Shown here: positions 1 to 12,110 of the stretch, piece after piece | Layout: every line of letters begins with the position of its first letter | How positions within the stretch are numbered: the stretch's first letter is position 1 | Source of the DNA: Schmidtea polychroa | Lineage: Eukaryota | NCBI GenBank assembly: GCA_044892525.1 | Contig: CM097885.1 | Location: 38,256,001 to 38,320,000 of the forward strand | Length of the DNA stretch: 64,000 bases | Reading direction: 5' to 3' | The notes under the pieces: model-generated | Database searches by the model: none | What the model saw: only the letters and a program-made list of their open reading frames with translations | Told to the model about the DNA's origin: nothing | Program-made: the position numbers and the translations under genes

Positions 1-720
1 TTCTAAAGCTAATATAATTTTATAATTTATATTTTTAAGTTTATAATTTATATTTTTATGAAGCTAATTTTATGGTTTATATTTTAAAGCTAATATAATT
101 TTATAATTTATATTTTTAAGTTTATAATTTATATTTGGTGAAGTTCAATTCATAGTTTATATTTCTAAAGCTAATATAATTTTATAATTTATATTTTTAA
201 GTTTATAATTTATATTTTTATGAAGCTAATTTTATGGTTTATATTTTAAAGCTAATATAATTTTATAATTTATATTTTTAAGTTTATAATTTATATTTGG
301 TGAAGTTCAATTCATAGTTTATATTTCTAAAGCTAATATAATTTTATAATTTATATTTTTAAGTTTATAATTTATATTTTTATGAAGTTAAATTTATGGT
401 TTATATTTTAAAGCCAATATAATTTTATAATTTATATTTTTATGAAGTTAAGGTTATAATTTATATTTTTAAAGCTAATATAACTTTATAATTTATACTT
501 TTAAGTTTATAATTTATATTTTTATGAGGTTAAGTTAAATTTATAGTTTATGTTCTAAGGCTAATATAATTTTATAATTTATACTTTTGTAATTAACTTA
601 GAGTTATAATTTATAATTTTACCGTCAATATAGATTTGTAATTTATATTCTTAGGAAATTAAATTTATAATTTATACTTTTATAACTAATCATAATTTAT
701 ATTTTGAAGAAATTGAATCT
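1..720. repeat. AT-rich tandem repeat / minisatellite, 162-bp period built from ~81-bp halves and TTTATAATTTATATTTTTA sub-units; decays after ~480
   Basis: TTCTAAAGCTAATATAATTTT recurs at 1, 163 and 325; continues off the left edge of the window. Confidence 0.9.
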
Positions 721-999
721 ATAAGTATAATTCATATTTTTATGAAATTGAGAGGATAGTTTATACTTTTATGGGTTTACGATTGGTATTTTTATAGTTA
801 GTTTAGAGTCTATTCAATTTAAAATCCAAGTCTTGCTGATACGCATGTCGAACACCTTTATGAATACTATCACTACTAAATTAATCATCTTTAAAAATCT
901 TTGCTTTACACTATTACTAAAAAAATTTATTTAAGACATTCATGAATCTAGATTCGACAAACGTATAGGTAGAGTGGGTTCTTGATGATATTTAACCGT

Positions 1000-2367
1000 C
1001 TACATTAATTGTGAATTGTAGAGTTGTGATTGATTTAGGTCTGAGATCTACTCTGTTTATTAACCTTAGTGTATTGTATTGTGATGCTTTTGGATGTAGA
1101 TTTTAACTATGTAAATTATTCATGCATTGAAAGTCGGGAGGAGTGTTTGCTTTCGCGGCCCCACTGTGACCACTACGACAAACCTTACTGTTGTGTGGTA
1201 AGTCAACCCTTTACGGCTGACCTATAATAAATAGGTAGAGTCAGACGGAGGATTTCATCGACTTAACTCCATGGCAGAACCATGAAGTGGTGCGACCTCC
1301 GAATGACCTGAACAAAAAAAAAACAAATAATATTGATAAGTGCGTGCCAGGCAGTGACCTGCAATCATTGTGGGCTGTTTAATCATCGATGATAAAGTGC
1401 ATAGGTGCAGGGTTGACTGGGATCTCGCTCCAAAATCAATGATAACCGACGATCTCACTCAAACCTACATTTCTATAGTTAAAAAGAAATAATGAAAACA
1501 AGGTTTCAATAATAATAATTTATAATTCACAATGAAATCGTCCTTACCTACAATCTCAGAAAAATCAAAATCAAAAATTTGGCATAAGAGTAAACATTAG
1601 CATATTTTGCTTGCTTAAAAAGTGACGAAATGTGTTAGTTTATATAGCCTCTGTTTGACGTGTAAGTATACATGCGTGCATTGATGCAGTAAAACAAATT
1701 CGAATTATTTTAATTCTCGAACATTCGATTTTTAATTTTTATCGATTTTAATGGCGATTTTTCAGTAAGAATTTTTGTTTTTATTTTTGAAATTTTATTT
1801 TCGAATTATTTTTTATTAAATTTGCCTCCATGATGGATTTCAGCATTTCCAGAACATTCCATGCTAAATTTAATCTATTTCTTATTTTTAAATTGTTTTT
1901 TATGATTTCTTTTCTAAAATATTTATTTTTTAAACTAAAATATTTATTTTTTATAAATTTTATTGGGTCGTTTGGCCGTCATGATGGATTTCGCCATTTT
2001 TATGAATTGTTCTGGATTTTTATTCAAAATATCGATATAATTTTCTTTACGTAAGATTTTATGAAGATTTTCTTTAATTTTCTTTTTTAATTTTTACTAA
2101 TTGCCTTTATTCGAATTTGTTTTTTGTTGTTTTATGTCTTTTGGTTATATTTGAGTAAGTTTTCATGTAATACTTCTTGCTCGTGTTTTATTTTATTTTT
2201 AATTCAGATGTTTTATTTTTGGGTATATTATCTCTCTATTATCATTGTTTACTTGGTGTTTTATATATTTTTATTTAAGTAAACTTAATGCTGGGTATGC
2301 GTGTTGTGTACTGACACATTTCGTCCCATTCCTAACTTTGGGTCTAGAAATCAGTTCTAGCCCAACA
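1000..2367 (+). mobile_element. LTR remnant (right end ...TCTAGCCCAACA), Ty3/Gypsy-type family; left boundary approximate
   Basis: Ends in CCCAACA at 2367; homologous in inverted orientation to 10771-~12110 (e.g. CATGATGGATTTCGCCATTTTTATG, GCATTGATGCAGTA). Confidence 0.7.
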
Positions 2368-2369
2368 TA

Positions 2370-2775
2370 AAATATTATTACTATGAAGTGCATAATATGT
2401 CTGCGTTGTGTTCGTATGAGGGTTTGTATAGTACTTCTATATTTCAGGTAATCATCAAAGAGAAAAATCTAATGTTTTGAGATATTTCTTCCAGGTTTTA
2501 TAAATTTTTTCAAGAAAAAAAAATACGTAATCGGTCGCGTGGGGTCTTTACAAGCCCACGCGCGAACAAAAATCTGCTCTACTCAGACGTCGTGCGCAAA
2601 CCCAGCCGCGCATATATTGCAAAGTGCGTACTTGTTATTTAGGCAGCTACTGAGACATACAAACCTGTAACTTAAATAATTAAAATTTTATGTCGGTTTT
2701 TCTAAGATCCGGACCTTTAAAGACCCCATGCAACCGACGATGTAAGAAAAATGGGCGCTACCGACGTAGGGTTAA
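2370..2775. mobile_element. piggyBac-like non-autonomous element, right end
   Basis: Terminus ...ACCGACGTAGGG followed by TTAA (2772-2775); subterminal GGGGTCTTT / AAAGACCCC repeats; left boundary uncertain. Confidence 0.5.
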
Positions 2776-2799
2776 TTAGTAATTTAATATACAGATAAA

Positions 2800-2986
2800 T
2801 ATACATGTTCGTATGTTATAGCAAAACCTTGTTTTTATTCTGTTAATTGTAGTTTTAATTTTTTTTGTAATAAAGTTATTATTAAACGTGTTTATGTTAT
2901 TATATATATTAATAAAAAAGATGGGAGGCGCCAAGAAAAAAATGTTTTTAGGGGAGGCGCGGTAGCATAAAGGTTGGAAACCACTG
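2800..2986. mobile_element. hAT (Charlie-like) MITE right end
   Basis: Ends AAAAGGTTGGAAACCACTG, a typical Charlie-type TIR; partner end not found. Confidence 0.5.
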
Positions 2987-3278
2987 GGTTAGTGATTCAG
3001 GATGTAGCCCAGTGCCGACTTATTTAGAAATATTATGTTATAGCAAAAGCCGTAAGAACAAAAGCCAGATGATTTGAATAAAATACTTATTGGTGAAGTA
3101 GAAGGATGCCCTGTCATTTGTATTACAAGATTACAAAATATAATTTAGGGTTTCTTATAAATCTGTGAATAATCAGGATTCAGTATTATAATTAAAAATT
3201 GGTTTATTAGAGTATTTTTAGCTAGAGAATTGCATAGTAAATATTGGACAACTTTATTTATCTAAGTTGAAAATGACA

Positions 3279-3854
3279 TTATTGTGAAATCGAATCTTTC
3301 TCAAGGCCCATCAAAACTTTCTCAGCACTCTCATTAACAATCCGAATGTCCGTGGAACTATGAAGATGCTTCATCAATGGATATGCTGTTTCATTATCCA
3401 GTAAATCAAAATCTGTGGATCTAATTTCTTGTATTTTGTTGTCAACATACTGATCGGAATTATCCATTTTATCCAGAATTTCACGGTCCTCAATTTTAAA
3501 AAAGCCTCGAGTTGTTTTTAAAGCCACTCTATGTTGAGAAAAATTGTTGATTCGCTCCATATCTTTCATAAACGCGTCAATCATCCTCATTGCAATCTCA
3601 TGTTTACCATAAAGTTGATGATAATAGATCTCCGTAATCCAGTATCCACTATATTTAAAATTTGATTCATTTTCCCGAATATCGGATTGAACTAATGGAC
3701 GCGTTCGTATTATACAGTTTGCACACCTTTCAATGTTAGTCAATAAATTATCAAATTTCGGGTTTGAAAATAAGCTGTCCCTCACCAAATGTTGAGTTGT
3801 CAAGAAAGAATGATAAGTAACTCTTTTGTTATAAGTTTTGGCAGGAGATATCAT
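3279..3854 (-). CDS. Uncharacterised 191-aa protein (single exon)
   Basis: Clean ATG-to-stop ORF with protein-like composition and higher GC than its flanks; no family recognised. Confidence 0.6.
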   Translation of the reverse strand: MISPAKTYNKRVTYHSFLTTQHLVRDSLFSNPKFDNLLTNIERCANCIIRTRPLVQSDIRENESNFKYSGYWITEIYYHQLYGKHEIAMRMIDAFMKDMERINNFSQHRVALKTTRGFFKIEDREILDKMDNSDQYVDNKIQEIRSTDFDLLDNETAYPLMKHLHSSTDIRIVNESAEKVLMGLEKDSISQ

Positions 3855-3987
3855 ATAATTGATTCGTTTTAAATTTTATTATGAAAAATTAATACAATTC
3901 ATAATAATGATTAATTATTAACAACTAATATTAACTTTTTAAATAATATAAAAAAAAATTTAAAATCCAATTTTATTCAATAACATT

Positions 3988-5020
3988 TTAGACAACAGTA
4001 ACTTGCCATACTCTAATGACATTATCTGAATATCCGGCAAACAAAGTTTGACCATCTTGTGACCATGATAAGCAAGTGACTTCAGCAGTTGCTTTTGATT
4101 TATTATCAATAACTTCGGCTTTCAAATCTCCAACCAAAACTTTATTTTCTAAATCCTTTAAAAAATTAAATTGATCGATAAAATAATATAAAATCATACC
4201 CAAATCTTGATAGAGGATCCAGTTGCAGCACATAGCCAATATCTGTTTGGTGAGAAGATAAGTGCATTGATAATATCACCTCCTTCTAATGTGTACAAAT
4301 GTCTTCCTTCAGACAAATCCCATAACATTGCTTGCCCGTCTTTTCCACCACTAGCGCACAATGAACCATCTGGTGAAACAGCAACAGTGTTCAAATATCC
4401 ATTATGTCCAAAATGGTTAGTTCTTAACTTGCAGTTTGATAGATTCCAAACTTTAACAACTTTATCCCAACCACAACTTACAATGCTTGGGTTTTCGGAA
4501 GTTGGAGAAAATCGAACACAGCTAACCCAATCAGTATGTCCATCTTCTTGGATGGTATATTTACAGACACCCAAAGTGTTCCACAATTTGATAGTACCAT
4601 CTCTTGATCCGGAAACAATTTGGCGATTATCAGCGCTAAAAGCAACACTGAGAACATCTTTAGTGTGGCCAACAAATCTTCTTGTGGTTTGACCAGAAGT
4701 TAAGTCCCATAATCTTAAAGTTCCGTCCCATGATCCAGACAATGCAAATTGACCATCACTAGACATAACAACATCACTTACAAATCCATTGTGTCCTTTC
4801 AATGCTCTTTTAGCGTAACCGAAGCTGTTTTCATCACGGTTAAGCTCCCAAATAATCAAAGATTTATCTAAATTTTCATTAAAAAAATTAAAAATGATAA
4901 CAAACAAATACCTCTTGATGCAGAAATAAGAGTGTTTGGATAAATTGGGTTAGTTGCAATCTGTGTAATAGGTCCATCGTGACCAGTAAGTGAACCCCTC
5001 AAAGTCAATTGTTCAGTCAT
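3988..5020 (-). CDS. RACK1: Receptor for activated C kinase 1 (WD40 ribosomal scaffold), 314 aa; exons 4912-5020, 4200-4867, 3988-4155
   Basis: [14 protein letters not shown]... / [21 protein letters not shown] / [13 protein letters not shown] / [15 protein letters not shown]; two GT-AG introns of 44 nt (4868-4911, 4156-4199) restore the frame. Confidence 0.97.
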
Positions 5021-5986
5021 TCTTTTTAAATTTTATTATTTTTATAAATTTTATTAACTTAAACAAATATATTTTGGTTTTAATTGTATTTTTATATATT
5101 ATATTTGTTAAATATAAATACTCTGAAAACTACAAAATTCAAATAGCAAATGCATAAATTCAATTTAAAATATATTCATTTCCAAAATCTATATTACCAT
5201 AAAAAAATTATACATAAAGATGTTTTTTAAATAAAGTAGAAAAATTTAGAAAATAGCAAATTTTAATAAAATGCATTTTATAAATGAATCATTTATAAAT
5301 GGTTTTTTATTATATGGAATTTGCTATAGAATTTTAAAATATCCAGTCAAACTAATAAATTTTAACGTTGACTTGTTTGACTTGTTGGTTTTGCAAGAGG
5401 ATTTATGCACTCCAGCTACTAAAACACAAATGGTATAGTAAAAGAAAGTACTTAATAAAAATCATTTTATAACTTTTATTTTAAAACATGAAGTTTTCAT
5501 GTTTGTAACTGTGTGTGGTATATGGTCAAAATAAAGATACTGCATCACATTTGTAGGTTACTGGCCTATATGGTGTATTATACACCTCACAAAAAACACA
5601 TAATATTTCTTACAAAATTTGAGTAATTTAATTACTTATGACAATTAACAAAAGTTACAGAGTCACAATTAACAAAAGTTACAGAGTCACGGATGGTGTG
5701 ATACACAAATCGGTCACAATTTGCACATTTTATTCTCAATTTTCTGTTTTCAGATCATGTGCATAAGTGACAAGCACATTTTTGACAAAAAAACGAATAT
5801 GTCTCGGAAATATTCCAGTCAGTATTATGTCGCAGGTAATGCCAAAAGTTCAACAGATTCGATCATAAAATTACGCATTACGAAGATCTAGGTGAATGAC
5901 ATTTTTCTTTTCAGACCTACAGGCTTATAATAGTAAAATAGATGACTGATCAAGAAAAAGTTCAAGCTAAGAGTGTCAACTAAAAC

Positions 5987-8900
5987 CAGTGCCGGTTCTA
6001 GGAGTTTTCTGTGTGTAGGCAAGACGGGAATTTACCGCCGCAAAAATAAAAAATGTAATTTTTAAATTGAAGAAGAATAGAAAAACACTGAATATCTGAA
6101 CTTAATACATATATTTGTATTTTAATATGAAATATTAAACAAAATTCAGTTTATAAAAAATTAAAAATTAAAAAACAAATAATAATTAAAAGTGAATTTT
6201 TCTCGCTTTTAATTCTCCAAAATTCTTAACCAAATCTTCCATGTCTATTTGATCAGCAATTTCTTTTTCTGTGGAAATCGTGGCTAGACCAACTAAATGA
6301 TCTTGATATATTTGTGATCTCAGATAAGATTTTATTATTTTCAGCTTTGAAAAACTTCTTTCAACACTAGCAACTGTGACTGGTAACGTTAGCAGTATTC
6401 GAAGAGCTATCGACAGGTTTGGGACTACTTCAACAATTTTAGACGTGTAAATCCATTTTAACACACTTTTTGGATAGCTTTTCGAGTCGTGTTCCTATAG
6501 CTTCAATTTCATTCCAAAGTTCAACCCCATTGATTGCTATCGGATGTAAGCGTTAACTGCAATAATTCGTCATCCGTAAATTTCTTACTGGCGATATTGT
6601 AAAGAAACCCAAATAACTCGCTATATTCCGATAATTGCGTAAATCTTTCATTTGTTGCTTGAATTGCGATGTCCAATATTCTATTAAAAAACATACTCTA
6701 AAGTTTAGTTCTGGTGCTACTATCGGTTCATCACGACCTTCGTATAAAAATTGTCTACTCTTTCTGCGAACGCGTATAGGTTCTTCCTCACAAAATCCTT
6801 CAAAATAATAATACACTCCAAAGGTGAGTTGATGCTGAGAAAAAGTTATAAATGCATTGAATTAAATCAAAGAATGCGACAGTCTGCATACAACTATTAG
6901 CTGCATCTATTAGTGGGCACCACAAGGTACGAAAAAAGCTAGTGGATTTAGTTGACCAATTTTGGCTTGAACACAATTATATTTTCCGCGCATGTTGGCT
7001 CCATTATCGTACCCTTATTCCTTTATGTCATCAAAATTTACGCATAATTCCTGCAACTTATCGATTACAACTTTTCTCATATTTGCTCCAGCTGTATCAT
7101 GTAATTCAAGAAAAGTTCAGAAAAGTTCAGAAACTATGACTTCAGCTACTTTTTCTGAAAATGATTCAGTTGCACTGACAAACCTAAAAAATAACTGTCA
7201 TCTGCTTTTTGTGGCTTATGTCGGGGGTACAATCTAAAATAATTTTGTACTTTGTTAGTTTTAGTTTTGTTAAAACGTGATCTTTGCTTTTATTGGCAAG
7301 CAATTCAACCATTTCATTTTGAATTGTTTTTCCGAGATATGTGGTGTGAATTTCACTTGTTGTTATTCGTCGAATATGTTTACTCATAATAGGATCATAA
7401 TTTCCTAAGAATTCAATAAATTTCAAAAGATTTCCGTTATTTGGCTCGAAAAGCTTTTCACAGGTTCCTCTTAATGCTAGATTTTGTCCAGCAAGAGTCC
7501 TAATTAATGTTATTATTCTTTCAAGAAATTTTCGCCAATTTTGTGTTTCAGATTGAATTTTTTTCTGATTAATGTCATCAATGGTACTCTCTGATTTAAG
7601 TCTCACCTCCAACTCTATCCAATTTAATTATGCAGTAGTGTGGGCTCTTGATGTTTCATGTGGTTTGATAATAACAGAAAGGTTTTTCCAATCTCGGAAT
7701 CTGTCATTCGATGACAAGGAGAATTTATTCGGACTGAATATGTTACAGCTATGAGGAAGTTAAAAGATTCTTAAAGATTAATTAGAAATTTGGTAAAAAT
7801 TTTAAAAATATTTTTATTGAAAAATATTTTAAAAAGAAGAAATTTATCAATTTTAAAAAATATTTTTATCAAAGAAATATTTTAAGAAAATCTGAAATTT
7901 GTTTAAATAACAAAAATAAGAACAGACAAGTTTTTTGAGATATCTTTTATTAAATAAAATTTTATGGAATTATTTAGTGATTTAAAAACGGATGAGAATC
8001 CTAATAACAGCAAAAGCAAAAAAAGTGTCTTTTGTACTAGAGTATACAAGCCAAGTGCATTTAATTTTATCACCATTAGACATTCGGCGATGAAAAGGAA
8101 AGCAGGAATATTTTCTACCTTCTTCATCCTCGGGAAACAATACCGGAATTTTCTGAATCGGGTCATACTTTACAAGCAATGCTTTAAATTTATCGTCTAT
8201 TATAGGCCAGTTTACTGGATCATTAAAATTGTTATTGGTTTTTGGGTCTTGATCTCTTTGATCTTCATTATTTACCTTTTGTCCTATATCATCGACGTTC
8301 TGAGCAACAACTTCATTTAAATTGGAAATAACTTCTATTTCATCTAAATTTTCTGGTTATTTAGCAGTATTTTCGTAATCAGAATCTGAATCTCTATCTT
8401 CAATAACATTCTCTGCACACTCTATTTCTCCGCCGCCTTTGATTTCAATTTCGCTTTCATTTTGGCTTGAAATTGCTATAGGTGCCTGTACTCTACTGCT
8501 TGACGAACATCTCAAAAAACGGCAACAAAACATTCTTCTGTTTGGCAGAATTTGACTCACGTTGAAGCCTATTTTTTTGTATTGCGATCCGGACAAGCGT
8601 TGTCTCTTATTCCGGTCCATTATATTGTATCGGTTTCGGTTAAGTAATTTAAACTTTTAATTTTTTTTAATGTTTCTTCTTCGACTTTTAAAACAAATAT
8701 GAAATATCCATACCAACGCTTCTATTTACAATACGGTATATTCATGTAAAAATAATTACAACGTTCCCGGAAAAAAGTTCTAGTTTCGTTCATAAATTAA
8801 GAGTTTTAATTTAAAACTATATTTAAAATATCTGGTGAAGGTAGTATTTGTTTTTTCGAAAATTAAAAAACGAAGAATTTTATTTTAAAAGACTAACTAA

Positions 8901-9140
8901 GTTCAGTTAAAAATTACCTAATTTCATTCTAACAAATAATTTCATTCAAAGAAATATTTAACTTATACCTATATGTCCAAGGTGAAGTTAGTCAAGATTT
9001 TCTTTTCAAGATTTCGACCCCAACCCAAAAAAAACATTTTATTTTTCTTGTTGGAATTGAAAAAATATTAGAAAATGCCGCCTTCGAAAAGTGCCGCCGT
9101 CGGCGGTCGCCGACATTGCCTACGCTTAGAACCGGGCCTG
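5987..9140 (-). mobile_element. Full-length but decayed hAT DNA transposon (ZMYM1/TTF-zinc-finger-type transposase)
   Basis: TIRs CAGTGCCGGTTCTAGG / (rc) CAGGCCCGGTTCTAAG; 8-bp TSD ACTAAAAC / ACTACAAC. Confidence 0.92.
6186..8620 (-). pseudogene. hAT transposase pseudogene (frameshifts, stops, insertion)
   Basis: Fragments FCFCC, LAGQNLALRG...NNGNLL, ILDCTPDISHKKQMT, and the dimerisation motif LTLPVTVASVERSFSKLKIIKSYLRS. Confidence 0.9.
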
Positions 9141-10137
9141 ACTACAACCTAACGTAAAATAAAGTATTAACTGATTTTAAATCTCACATAAGAATAGGTG
9201 TCCAATTACACCTTATCGAAATTCATTAAATTGGCCTCAAGAAATCATGATTAAATTAGAAGTTCGGTCTGTATATTTTAGGAATTGACCCAGTTTAGCA
9301 TTAAATGTCACCAGAATGCACAAAAACAGAACGCATATGTTGAGTAAATATATATGTTGAGCATAAGTTGAGTAAACACCAAAACAAGTAAAAACACCAA
9401 ATAAACACGATAAAAGAGAAAAGGATAAATATAAATGTAAAGTAAAATAAAATCTAAAGAGCAAGAAATATCGCACGAAACAAATAAATAAAAGGAGGTA
9501 AAATAATTCGAATTCATGGCTATAAAAGAAAATGAAAACTAGAAATAAAAAGGTTTCATCAAAAAATAGTAATAAATAGATTTAGAATTAAACATTATAA
9601 TAAAAATGGTGAAAAATGTTTGAATATTATATAAAATGGAAAAATCCAACATGGCGCAGAGACAAACAACAACTAAATGAAAAGATAGGAATTAGGAAAA
9701 TTCATTTGTCAAAACATATTATAAAATAACTTGGTTGAAGGATCGCCTTTTCATACGAATTTTATTTAATAAATAAAATCGTATATTTTTGCTATTTTTT
9801 GTCTTTTTTTGGCGATTTTTGTTATTTTCCTGCTTCTAAAATATGTTTCTTGTCCAACTGCTTGCATTTATTATTTTATTATTTTTGTTTTTATTTAATT
9901 TTTATTTTGTTTTATTTGGTGATTTTAATATATTTTAGTTGATTATTTTGTCTTGAGCCGTGGTGCCTTCCATCTTTCAGCGGGGGCTTTTCACGCTCCC
10001 ACAAAACCATGGCGGGATTCTCCATTTCTCAGCCGTGATAGTGAGATAGGTTCTCTATCCATACGTAATATATTTTCATCATTTTTTATATGCAAAATCT
10101 GCTTTTGATAGATCCCAAATTGGATAAACAAATAAAT

Positions 10138-10740
10138 TGTTGGGTTTTCAATTAATTTAAGTCCGTTTCCGCTGACTCCTCGTGTCCTTTAAATCAAAAC
10201 AATAACGACCCAACGTATATTGAAATGACAAAATTCACAATCTTTTCTCAGCACTTTACAATCAATAATCAAAGTTACGTTTGACCGGTTCTCAGCACGG
10301 CGTTGATGCTTTGTAAATAGATAATATTCACCTTTTATTTCTTTAGATTCTCTTGACCCACGTTTTCCTCCTTTTTCTGTTTGATTTGATTCTTTTTCAC
10401 CTTTCCGTATTCCTATTCTATATCTTTTGTTCCCTAATCTCCTTAATTCGTTTTTACCTATTCCTAACTCAGTTTCTTCTAACCCTAGCTGAAGCAAAAT
10501 GCCAATTTGCTCTGATTTTCCCATTCCTTATATACTCTTCGAAATCGGAATTGCACCGGCTGTCACCCATAATGGTCCAACGAACAAAGATAATTAATGG
10601 CCCGTCCGGCCTTTCTGCATGCACTATCTTCTCCTTGCTCTTTTCCAACTAATCATTGTGTCAAGCTAATGGGCCCAAATCTTCCTTCTGTTTACTTTTC
10701 TTCTTGTTTATCAATAAAGTCATTTCAAATAAAAAACAAA
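10138..10740 (-). mobile_element. Diverged, truncated LTR related to the LTRs of the 25410-37067 element
   Basis: TGTTGGGTTTTCAATTAATTTAAGTCCGTTTCCGCTGACTCCTCGTGTCC resembles TGTTGGGTTTTTAATGTAAGTCGGTACTACGGTCTGACTCCTTTGTGTTC; similar TATA-like CTTATATACTC. Confidence 0.55.
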
Positions 10741-10770
10741 AGAAAAGAAATCATAGTTTGTTGAAAGAAC

Positions 10771-12110
10771 TGTTGGGCTAGAACTGAATTCTAGACCCAA
10801 ATCTTGAAAATGTGGTGGCACATAACAGGACACCTAACATCAAGTTTATTTGAATAAAATATATGCTACATCAAATAAGCAAAGATAATAAAGAGTAAAA
10901 ATAACTAAGAAAAGAAAAAATCTAAATTAAGAAATAAAATAAAACAAATGCAAGAAGTATCACATGAAAACTGACTCAAATATAACAGAAAAGCACAAAA
11001 TACAAAACTGAACTCGAATAAAGTCGAAAGACTACGGAAAATCTAAAATAAAAGAAAATTCTAGACAAAACCTAGAACAATCCATAAAAATGGCGAAATC
11101 CATCATGGATGCCATTCAATACAGTAAAAGTTAATGAAAATAAATAATTCAGTTTAAAAAATAAAAATCCTAAAAAAGAATCCATTAAAAACGATTCTAA
11201 AATAAAACTTAAAATAAATTTAATATGGAATGTTCTGGAAATGCCGGAATTCAAATGCCCAAATTAATAAAAAATTATTCAAAAATAAAATTTTAAAAAT
11301 AAAAATAAAAATTATGGCACAAAAATCGCCATTAAAATCGTTAAAAATAAAAATTAGAATATTCTAAAATTAAGAATTCAAGTTTGTTATACTGCATCAA
11401 TGCACTCACGTACCACACCAAGAACCAGGTATATATACCGTTACATTTCGGTCACAAGACACTCTTTTTATGACATACATTTTGCTTGTTTTGTTTTAGT
11501 TTAACTCAAATTTTGAAGAATCCTTGATATTAGTAAGAAATGTTTTGTTTATTTATGATTTTTACATATTATATTGAATTTAATAATTATACCCATGTTT
11601 CTTTAGTTTGTTCTATTAACGTATTATGAGGAAGGTAACTGAAATTGGAGTGTCAATAACAATTTTAGGCACCCGATCTCAGCTAGTTTCGTTATTAATT
11701 AATTAACATCGTAGTTGGTTCCACAGCCCCTACGATTAAACAGGTCTTAGACCGCGCATATGCAGATTGTAAAATGAAGTGGATCCCACTAAAGGTCCTA
11801 CTCACTTCATGGTTTAGGCCACGGAGGTAGTGATTAAATTATTCCTGAAGTGGCCAACATAGTTTCGGCTGTGGTGGCTTAAATGAAATGAATAACCTGG
11901 TTCAACGTTGTGGTACCTTTTGCTGCAGCGTCGCCGTACACGATACCAAGGCCTATCGTAGTGAGTCCAGTGTGGCCACGAAAGTAGGAAAATTTTAACA
12001 CAGTAACCACACATTCAAATCTGCATTAAAAATCCTATCATTATACATCACACTAGGGCTCAATAATCGGAGGAAGGCTCCAGGCTTAAAATAATTACAA
12101 TTTCACAACA
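10771..12110 (-). mobile_element. LTR remnant, inverted relative of 1000-2367; far boundary approximate
   Basis: Starts TGTTGGGCTAGAACTGAATTCTAGACCCAA, the reverse complement of the 2340-2367 terminus; colinear homology over more than 1 kb. Confidence 0.7.

Noticed and set aside
1..720. Regularly spaced repeats as a possible CRISPR array
   Set aside because: No unique spacers, eukaryotic context; it is an AT-rich tandem repeat
4207..4692. 161-aa + strand ORF and the alternative-frame ORF 4478-4675
   Set aside because: Shadow ORFs of RACK1 exon 2
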